A stretch of 63,637 nucleotides of DNA, counting the filler, from an uncultured Methanosarcinales archaeon (GTDB taxonomy: Archaea > Nanobdellota > Nanobdellia > Woesearchaeales > CAYSVS01), in NCBI GenBank assembly GCA_964434475.1. It is 4 parts of 4 records of this genome, joined end to end, with 100 filler letters (N's around TTAATTAATTAA, not from the genome) between each part and the next. Parts side by side here need not be neighbours in the genome. Positions count along the whole stretch, not along the records: positions 17,826 to 34,715 come from CAYSVS010000023.1; 3 more parts are not named here. One strand, written 5' to 3'. Under the pieces are notes generated by a model. The model saw only the letters and a list, made by a program, of their open reading frames with translations. It was not told the origin of the DNA and ran no database searches. Of the stretch, positions 19,811-28,300 are shown piece by piece. A program made the position numbers and the translations under genes. The stretch's first letter is position 1. Every line of letters starts with the position of its first letter.

Positions 19811-21031
19811 ATGAATAATAAATCCCCATCCACTCCCTGGACCAAGAAATATGAACCAAAAAATTCTAGTGAAATAATAGGCCAAGATAGTGCTGTTAAG
19901 GCTATCAAAGAATATATAGCTAATTTCAAAAGCGGAAAAACAAAAGCTATTGTCTTGTACGGTCCGCCAGGCTGCGGCAAAACATCATCAGTGTATGCTG
20001 TTGCTCGCGATCTGGATCTTGAACTGATTGAAGTCAATGCTTCAGACTTCAGGAACAAAAATATGATTAACGCAACAATAGGCAATGCATCACAACAGAT
20101 GTCCTTGTTTATGAAACAAAAAGTGATTCTAGTTGATGAGATTGACGGCTTAAGCGGGCAAAAAGACAGAGGAGGAGTTGCTGAGATAACTAGATTGATA
20201 GAACAAACAAAATTTCCTATGATACTTACTGCGCAGAATCCTTATGATAAAAAATTCAAAGGCTTAAGAAAAAAATCAGATTTGGTGCAATTTAATTCAT
20301 TAGATTACAAAAACATACATCTTGTTCTTGAAAATATATGCAAAAATGAAAATATAAACACAGACGAAAATGCACTAAAAGGACTTGCATTAAGATCTGG
20401 AGGAGATTTAAGAGGCGCTATAGTTGATCTGCAGATATTGTCTGCTGGTACAAATAACATAAGCAAGGATATGCTAGACGAATTGTCTGGAAGAAAGCAG
20501 ACAGAATCAATGCTTCAAGCGTTAGTTAAGATATTCAAGACAACAGATCCAAGCATCGCTATAAAAGCATTAGATAATGTTGATGAAAATCTAGATCAAA
20601 GTTTTTTATGGATAGATGAAAACTTACCTAAAGAATACAAGAAACCAAAAGATTTGGCTAAAGCATATCTAGCTTTATCAAAAGCAGACGTTTATCGAGG
20701 AAGGATAAGAAGATGGCAGCATTGGAGATTTCTTGTGTATGTAAACACTCTCCTTACAGCTGGAATCGCTACAGCAAAAGATGAAAAATACAAAGAATTT
20801 GTACAGTACAAACCAACAATGCGTTTATTAAGGATATGGCAGGCTAAGATGTCTAATGCAAAAAAGAAATCTATTTCTCAAAAAATAGCTGCTAAAACCC
20901 ATACAAGCGCAAAGGAAGTAATGAATGATTTTGGCACATATAGAGCGATGTTTATGCAGACAAATCTTTGCAATGACCTTGCAGAATACTTTGAAATAGA
21001 TAAAGAAGAATTGAAGTGGATGAGGAAATGA
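19811..21031 (+). CDS. rfcL: Replication factor C large subunit
   Basis: WTKKYEP, GPPGCGKT, EVNASDFR, VDEIDG and GDLRGAI. Confidence 0.97.
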   Translation: MNNKSPSTPWTKKYEPKNSSEIIGQDSAVKAIKEYIANFKSGKTKAIVLYGPPGCGKTSSVYAVARDLDLELIEVNASDFRNKNMINATIGNASQQMSLFMKQKVILVDEIDGLSGQKDRGGVAEITRLIEQTKFPMILTAQNPYDKKFKGLRKKSDLVQFNSLDYKNIHLVLENICKNENINTDENALKGLALRSGGDLRGAIVDLQILSAGTNNISKDMLDELSGRKQTESMLQALVKIFKTTDPSIAIKALDNVDENLDQSFLWIDENLPKEYKKPKDLAKAYLALSKADVYRGRIRRWQHWRFLVYVNTLLTAGIATAKDEKYKEFVQYKPTMRLLRIWQAKMSNAKKKSISQKIAAKTHTSAKEVMNDFGTYRAMFMQTNLCNDLAEYFEIDKEELKWMRK

Positions 21032-21435
21032 ACTTCCAGGCAAAAGATAAGATCAAAAGAGTAAAAATAGCAAAAGAGCTGCATTCAAAAGGCTTCTCCA
21101 TCAAAAAATTAGCTGAGTACTTTGATGTTTCTGAGGATACAGCAAGTGAATACCTTAAATATGACATACAAGGAAAAGAAGATAAAGAGATAATAGTAAA
21201 AAAAGAAACTCCAAACATCACGCTTTCTGATTTTGCATCAAATACAACAACAGTAGACAAAGTTTTGCCAAAAAACATACCTCAAGGCGACAGATGTCCA
21301 TTGTGCAACAAATACCATAAATACGAACTAATGATAGCTTGGAATGACAAGATAAGAATATGCAAGAAATGTTATAATTCCATGGACTCTGAAAAGATGG
21401 ATAAGCTTGAACGTTTGCAAAATATTAATTCTTAA
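21028..21435 (+). CDS. HTH plus zinc-finger hypothetical protein
   Basis: GFSIKKLAEYFDVSEDT helix-turn-helix and CPLC...CKKC; ATGA overlap with rfcL. Confidence 0.6.
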   Translation: MNFQAKDKIKRVKIAKELHSKGFSIKKLAEYFDVSEDTASEYLKYDIQGKEDKEIIVKKETPNITLSDFASNTTTVDKVLPKNIPQGDRCPLCNKYHKYELMIAWNDKIRICKKCYNSMDSEKMDKLERLQNINS

Positions 21436-21477
21436 AATGTAGTCTCCAATAGTTATTTTATAAAAAATATGTAATCC

Positions 21478-22413
21478 CTAATAATACTTAGCCTTGCCTT
21501 TACTTCCCATCACTTTTATTCTATGCTCTACAGTTCTTTGTATAAAATCTCTTCCTGGACCTATTATCTTCCTTATATCAAACTCTTTTTTATCTTTCTT
21601 AAGAACTTCTCTTACAGCACCAGTAAACGCTATCCTTAAGTCAGTATCATTATTTACTTTATTGACTCCATTCTTCACTGCTCTTACTAATTCTGGCTCA
21701 TCTAATCCATGGATGCCTTTAATATCCATACCGTATTTCTTAGCCTTATTCAAAACCAAATCAGGAGTGCCAGAAGCACCATGCAAAACAACAGGAATTC
21801 CAGTAGTTTTTTTCACTTTTCTAAGAATATCCAACCTTAATTTTGCCTTTCCCTTGAACTTGAACGCACCATGACTAGTGCCTATGCCAAGAGCAAGTGC
21901 ATCTACATTTGTCTTTTGAACAAAATCAATTGCTTGGTCAGGATCAGCGTAATGTATTACTCTTGATCTTACTTTATCTTCTGCTCCGCCTATAGTTCCA
22001 ATCTCTCCTTCAACACCTATGTTTTTTTTGTGAGCCATAGAAACAACTTTTTTAGTTTGTTTAACATTCTCTTTATAATCAAGATGACTGCCATCAAACA
22101 TTATACCTGAATATCCTATTTTTATGCATCTCTTGATAACATCCATATCCTTGCCATGATCAAGATGTAAGCAGATAGGAACTTTAGTTTCTTCAGATGC
22201 TGCTTTTGTCATATTGTACAGATATTTTAATCCTGCATATTTTATCGCTCCTTCAGATGTAGATATAATCACTGGACTTTTCAATCCGTCAGCTGCTCTT
22301 ACTATTGCCTGCAAAGATTCCAGGTTTACGAAATTAAATGCGCCTACAGAAAAATTATGCTTGTTAGCTGGCTTTAATATTTTTTTAAGATTCATAAATG
22401 ACATTATACGCAC
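21478..22413 (-). CDS. fba: Class II fructose-bisphosphate aldolase
   Basis: LHLDHG, GTSHGAFK, VLHGASG and KVNNDTD. Confidence 0.95.
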   Translation of the reverse strand: MRIMSFMNLKKILKPANKHNFSVGAFNFVNLESLQAIVRAADGLKSPVIISTSEGAIKYAGLKYLYNMTKAASEETKVPICLHLDHGKDMDVIKRCIKIGYSGIMFDGSHLDYKENVKQTKKVVSMAHKKNIGVEGEIGTIGGAEDKVRSRVIHYADPDQAIDFVQKTNVDALALGIGTSHGAFKFKGKAKLRLDILRKVKKTTGIPVVLHGASGTPDLVLNKAKKYGMDIKGIHGLDEPELVRAVKNGVNKVNNDTDLRIAFTGAVREVLKKDKKEFDIRKIIGPGRDFIQRTVEHRIKVMGSKGKAKYY

Positions 22414-22448
22414 CTCTTTAACATACCTAAATAATATTATTATTTAAA

Positions 22449-23477
22449 TTATTTGATTTCATCTCTTATATTATCAATAAAGTGCTTAAAATCTTCTTTA
22501 TTAACTACAGCTCCGCAAGCATGTTCATGCCCTCCACCATGCCCTTCCAAACCAAACAATGACTTCTGCAATATAGGAGGAAGCAAAAGCTTGCCACACC
22601 TTAAGCTGCATTTCATCTCACCAGATTTTTCCCTGCAGAGTATAATTAACTTATTAGGCATCATATAGAGAAGCTCATTAGAAAGCTCTTTTGTCAAGCT
22701 TACCTTATCATCATAGTAAGTAAAAACATACAGCTTATCTTTTGTCTTTTTTTTCAGTGCTGATTCTAACAAGACATCATATGTTTTCTTGAATCTTTCA
22801 TATCTTTTAAGCAGGAATTTTATAGGAGGTAAATCTGTATTGAAATAATCATAAGGATTATCTATCCTAGTCATTATCTTAACACATTTGTTTACGTCAG
22901 ATATCTTGCCTTTCAATAAGAACGAGATCATCTTGACTAATTCACCTAATTTAGAATCAAACAATGCTGCTTCTGGCTTATTGATCCTCTTGTCCAAAAG
23001 ATCAGGATATTGTTGTGAAAATTCTTTTGTAAAATCAGGAAGATACCAATCTCCTACACAACCAAGCATAGCTATCCACATATCCTGTTTTACTGCCCTG
23101 TAACAAAGATAAGAAGCAGGCTGATTATCATCAGCATCATTAACCCTGGGATTAAAATATTTAACCTTACTCCTTTTCAAAGGCTCATGGTGATCTATCC
23201 ATATAATGGGTACTTTGCATGCATCTATAAAATCCTGGTCAACCATAGCCAGATCAACAACAAAAATCTTATCAGGGCTATATTCTTCAACTTTTCTATA
23301 AAATTTCATATCAACCTTTGGTGTGCTTTTCACACATATTCCTTTACCTTCTTTAATATACCTATACAACAACAAGAAACTGCATAATCCGTCAGCGTCA
23401 TCATGAAAAAAGAACAAAGGCCTTGTACATTCAGCGAGTTCTTTCCTTATCTGTCCATACTGTTTTTCTGTAAGCAT
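22449..23477 (-). CDS. DHH/DHHA1 phosphoesterase (RecJ/NrnA-like)
   Basis: HDDADG, IDHH and GGGHEHACG. Confidence 0.9.
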   Translation of the reverse strand: MLTEKQYGQIRKELAECTRPLFFFHDDADGLCSFLLLYRYIKEGKGICVKSTPKVDMKFYRKVEEYSPDKIFVVDLAMVDQDFIDACKVPIIWIDHHEPLKRSKVKYFNPRVNDADDNQPASYLCYRAVKQDMWIAMLGCVGDWYLPDFTKEFSQQYPDLLDKRINKPEAALFDSKLGELVKMISFLLKGKISDVNKCVKIMTRIDNPYDYFNTDLPPIKFLLKRYERFKKTYDVLLESALKKKTKDKLYVFTYYDDKVSLTKELSNELLYMMPNKLIILCREKSGEMKCSLRCGKLLLPPILQKSLFGLEGHGGGHEHACGAVVNKEDFKHFIDNIRDEIK

Positions 23478-23570
23478 GTTTGAAAAGTATATGACAATTT
23501 ATATAAATATTTGTATTTAATTGTGTAATACAACAATCTTTTTATAATAGATATAAATCCAATCTATAAA

Positions 23571-24536
23571 ATGAAAACACAAACCGAAACTAATAAGATT
23601 CCTGGAGGAATCATAGATTCTTTATACCATGATATTGATTTCAATACAACAGCATTCAAGACAGATAAACAAAACATTGCATTCCTTATGCTTGGTGCAA
23701 GCGGAAGTGGAAAAGAGAGCAGAGGAAAGTATCTTGTAAAAAGAAATAATCTAGAAGCTAAGATTAGCAGCGGAGACATTTTTAGAAACAAAATATTCAA
23801 AGGCTTCACAAAAGAAGACATGAAAAAGATACAGACTTTCGGACAAGAGAATGAAAACAGATTAAAAGCATTTGCAAAAAACTATAGTGCAATAACTGAT
23901 TTTTTCAAAACAGAAAAAATAGATTATTTTGATGATGAAGATAAAGCGGTCGCAATATTTCAGGCACTGAACGGATTGTTTGTTGATGATGATATTTTAT
24001 TAAAATATGCAGACAAACAGATATCTAAATATAAAGGAAAAGGTATTGTTTTAGACGGCCATATAAGAACAGGCAACCAGGTTGAAGGCATAACCAAAAT
24101 ACTCAAGAAAAATGATATTGAATTAGTTGGTGCTTTGTTAGTACATACACCAATATATTTACTTGAGACAAGAACAGTAGGAAGATTATCATGTCCAGAT
24201 TGTAAAAGAGAGTACAATACAACGGCTAAAGAAGACAGCGAACATTTCCCAAATAGATATTTTGAAAAAGAAGGATTGGGATGGGGCTATTGCCATGATC
24301 ATCCAGATATTGAGCTAAAAAGAAGGTCTGATGACTATCCTGGAAAGGTAATGAACAGGTTAAAAGAATACATTGCAAACATAGGAGATGTTCTAAATAA
24401 TCTTAATATAATAAAAATACCTATATATGGAGTATCAGGAACACTAGAACCTTACAGCAAACAAGAACTAGGAAATAGTATTGAAGAAACACTAAGTTGT
24501 GATAATGATAAAGTAAGAGAAAGATTAGGAATATAA
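23571..24536 (+). CDS. Divergent adenylate kinase family protein
   Basis: GASGSGK P-loop, ISSGDIFR, LDGHIRT, LID with CPDC, and RRSDD. Confidence 0.8.
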   Translation: MKTQTETNKIPGGIIDSLYHDIDFNTTAFKTDKQNIAFLMLGASGSGKESRGKYLVKRNNLEAKISSGDIFRNKIFKGFTKEDMKKIQTFGQENENRLKAFAKNYSAITDFFKTEKIDYFDDEDKAVAIFQALNGLFVDDDILLKYADKQISKYKGKGIVLDGHIRTGNQVEGITKILKKNDIELVGALLVHTPIYLLETRTVGRLSCPDCKREYNTTAKEDSEHFPNRYFEKEGLGWGYCHDHPDIELKRRSDDYPGKVMNRLKEYIANIGDVLNNLNIIKIPIYGVSGTLEPYSKQELGNSIEETLSCDNDKVRERLGI

Positions 24537-24548
24537 AAAATAATAATT

Positions 24549-24650
24549 CTATTTTTTCATTCTTTTACGCTTTTCTTTCTTCATTCTTTTTCTTTGCCAT
24601 TTCCATCTCATCTGGCCTTTCTTTTTCCATCTTCTTGAAGATCTTTTCAT
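24549..24650 (-). CDS. rpl41e: Ribosomal protein eL41 (eS32); not in ORF track
   Basis: MKRSSRRWKKKGQMRWKWQRKRMKKEKRKRMKK with a GAGGT RBS upstream. Confidence 0.85.
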   Translation of the reverse strand: MKRSSRRWKKKGQMRWKWQRKRMKKEKRKRMKK

Positions 24651-24696
24651 AAATATAACCTCATTTCTTACCCTGGTTATAATCCAAGGAGCAAAA

Positions 24697-24771
24697 TGCT
24701 CCGGCCGGGATTCGAACCCGGGTCATCGCCTCGAAAGGGCGATATGATTGGCCGGACTACACCACCGGAGC
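24697..24771 (-). tRNA. tRNA-Glu(UUC)
   Basis: Acceptor GCTCCGG/CCGGAGC; anticodon arm TCGCC-CTTTCGA-GGCGA. Confidence 0.95.
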
Positions 24772-24851
24772 GTCTTTAAAGTCCGAATCTGCTGTATATT
24801 TAAAAAGGTTTCTAAATAATAAAATTCCAGAGCTAAGCTCTAGGTAAATAA

Positions 24852-24920
24852 AGCCCAAGGAGATGTGGGAACCAAACTTTTAAAAAAAGTTTGATCAAAA
24901 CACGCCCCCAAGGGTATTTA
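24852..24920 (-). repeat. 71-bp-period insert duplicating the tRNA-Ile(UAU) 3' end, with a hairpin
   Basis: AGCCCAAGGAGAT at 24852-24864 and 24923-24935; hairpin CAAACTTTT-AAA-AAAAGTTTG at 24873-24893. Confidence 0.65.
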
Positions 24921-25030
24921 TGAGCCCAAGGAGATTTGAACCCCCGACCTCTGGCTAGCTTAGCTACTGTATCCCTAAGAACACAGCGTCATATAAGACC
25001 AGCGCTCTAACCAGACTGAGCTATGGGCTC
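24921..25030 (-). tRNA. tRNA-Ile(UAU) with a 35-nt intron at 37/38 (24957-24991)
   Basis: Acceptor GAGCCCA/TGGGCTC; arm CTGGT-CTTATA|A-GCCAG; CTTA/TAAG central BHB helix. Confidence 0.88.
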
Positions 25031-25083
25031 GTAATACTCTAGAATTTATATTTCGTTTATAAATGTTTTGGATGATTTGAGGT

Positions 25084-25383
25084 CTAAAAATCCCTTATTA
25101 CGGATCTTATCGAATCATCAGGCTTTTGATCAGGTTTGTCTGCAGGATCTTCAGATTCTTCTAATTTACCTGTTAAATCGCCTTGATCTTGTTTCCATTT
25201 GTTTTTAGCACCGATTACTTTCTCATTCAATTGAACTTCTGTAGTGTAAGCAGCTCCACTGCTTCCGCCTCCGCCGCCACCACAGCCAAAAGGAAGCAAA
25301 GAAGCACCCATTAAAACAGAATAAAATACACCTTGTTTAACAGAATCGTACAATTTTTCTTTAAATTTATTATCATAATACAT
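25084..25383 (-). CDS. Small Gly-rich lipoprotein-like protein
   Basis: Hydrophobic stretch followed by FGCGGGGGGSS. Confidence 0.55.
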   Translation of the reverse strand: MYYDNKFKEKLYDSVKQGVFYSVLMGASLLPFGCGGGGGGSSGAAYTTEVQLNEKVIGAKNKWKQDQGDLTGKLEESEDPADKPDQKPDDSIRSVIRDF

Positions 25384-25394
25384 AAAAAATCCCC

Positions 25395-28300
25395 CTATTC
25401 TTTTTGCAAATAGTTTGCAATTGTTAGTCTGTTGTCCAGTGGTTTATAAAAATATGCTATTGAAACTCCGTCATTTGTCACTATACACTCCCAATCTTCA
25501 TATTGTTGGCTATATGTACAGGTTGTCGTAAATGTTTCGCCTTGTGAAGTACTTTGCATATTGCAAGTAACACCAGAACAATACTTTATTCCAGAATCAA
25601 AATAATAAGTATCTGAATCATCCTGATAGCCTACAGCGGCGTTTGTTACCAATATAATATCATCTCCTGTAACATTGAAATATGCAACAGGCAAAGCAAA
25701 CTTGTGTTCATCATTTATGACAACAACACTAGGATTCAATATCTTACTGCTATCATCAAAGTCAAAAGCAGCAGCCTTAAGCAGGAATGTTTCGGTTTCT
25801 GTTGGAGTAACAGCAATCTCTTTTATGACAGAAACTTTATCTCCGTCATTGTCTGTTACTGTTAAATTTACATAATACAGCCCAGGAACATCATAAGTAT
25901 AGGAAGCTTGCTGTTCTGTGCTTTCAATAGTTCCATTGTTGTTAAAGTCCCATGAATGGGTTAAAGGTAGGTTGCCTGAATCTACGCTAGCTCCAAAGTT
26001 GACAGTTAAAGGCATAACTCCAGTTGTTGTATCTGCATTAATTGTTGGATCAGGAATCAAATCCTCTAAAACATCTATAGTTATTATAGAACTATTTGTG
26101 TCTCCATCAACATCCTCTACAGTTAATCTAGCAATATAGGTTCCACAGTCATTATAGGTATAAGAAGGATTCTCTTGAATACTGTCTATATTGCCATCGC
26201 CGTCAAAATCCCAATTATATGTCACAGGTAGATCTGCAGCTATTATGTTTGAAGTAAATGATACAGATAAAGGCTCTAAGCCTGAAGTAACATCAGAATC
26301 AATATCAAACAATACAAGATTATTATCTCCTACATTTATGGTTATGTTATCTGTGATGCATCTGTTTATATTGCATACCGTAACTTCAGCGACATATAAT
26401 CCTGTTTCACTATAAGTGTGTTGAGGAGATTTTGTTGTATAATCAACAACACCATCGTTGTCAATATCCCAAGCATAGTTCATTATAGGAAGTTTGTTAG
26501 TTATATCTGCATCAAAATTAACCGTCAATGGCTCTATGCCTGAAATTGTATCAGCCAACGCATCTACTATAGGGTCACTTTGCACCTCTATCTGAATATT
26601 ATCTGTATCTATGTCTCCATCAGCATCAGTAACAGTTACTTGAACATTATAAACCCCTTCTGAACTGAAAGTATGGTCCGATACTTTTGTTGTCGAAGAA
26701 GAGCCATCACCAAAATCCCATAAATAAGTGTAGGGAGCATTACCATTGTTTACAGTAACATCAAAATTTACTGACAAAGGTTCTAAACCTGAAGTTGAAT
26801 TTGCTGTGATTGAAGCAGAAGGCTGAGTATCTGCAATAGATGTTATCGCAACAGAGTCATAAGATTTGTCTCCATTTGCATCAGTTATCGTCAGGTTAGC
26901 AATATAATTTCCAGCAGGATAGCAATAGACAATATTCTCTGTTGTGCTATCAACTACACCATTATTGTCAAAATCCCACGAATATGTCAAAGGCAGATTG
27001 CCGCCTGTACCAGTTGCATTGAAAGATATGCATAAATTTTCTAAGCCAGATGTTGTGTTTGTTGATAAGCTTGCAGAAGGCATAAGATTAGCATCTACAT
27101 TTACATCAGCAGAAGCATAGCATTTATCACCATTTACATCAGTTACTGTAAAATTAACAACATATGAGCCAGAGTTGAAGACATTACTTGTGCTTTCTTG
27201 TGTTGAATCTACAGTGCCATCATTAGTATAATCCCAAGCATATGTATAAGGCAAGTTTCCATTTGTTATTGTTGAATTAAACAGCACATTCAATGGCTCA
27301 ATGCCTGTGTTAGGATTTACTATGATATTGCAGTCAGGTATAGTGTCAGCATCAACAGTTATTGATTGAAGTGAATGAACAGTATCTCCATCAAAATCAA
27401 CAACAGTTAAATTCACTAAATATGCACCTGGTGAATTAAAAGTATATGATGTTTTTTGTGAATTATTGTCTGATATCCTGTCATTTGTAAAGTCCCATGA
27501 ATATGTCAAAGGCAGGTTGCCATTTGTTACAGAAGCATTTAATTCCACAGTCAAAGGCTCTATACCTGATGTTGGAGCTGCAAAAATACTTAAGATAGGA
27601 ACAGTATCTGCATCTACAGTTATGGAAACAGATGAATAGCTCTTATCTCCGTTTGCGTCTGTTACTGTGAAATTTGCAACATAATTACCAGCTGAATAAC
27701 AATATTCTGAATCTTCGTTAGTTGAATCTGTTGAGCCATCATTAGTATAATCCCAAGAATATGTTAAAGGCAGGTTGCCGCTTGTCGCTGTTCCGTTAAG
27801 ATAAACGCATAATGGCTCTATGCCTGATGTTATATTTGCTGATGCGCTTGAACTTGGCATCAAGTCAGCTTCAACATTTACAGCAACTGAATCATAACAC
27901 ATATCTCCATCATTATCCTCTACTGTTAGATTTACTACATAAGAACCAGATGAGTAAATATGACCAGTATTGTTTTGAGTAGAATCAATTGTACCATCAT
28001 TAGTATAATCCCAACCTATAGTATAAGGAGCATTGCCACCAGCTACACTTGAGTTAAGATATACATCCAAAAGCTCTACTCCATTTGTTGAAGATGAAAC
28101 TATTGAACATATAGGAACAGTATCGCTGATAACAGATATCTGTAATATTGTCGAATTAACATCATTATTTGCGTCACTTACACTAAAATTAACATCATAG
28201 AAACCAGGCGCTGCAAAAACATAGCTCGTGTTCTGGCTTGTGTTGTCTGTAATTCCATTGTTTGTAAAATCCCAAGAATAGATCAATGGAAGATTTCCAG

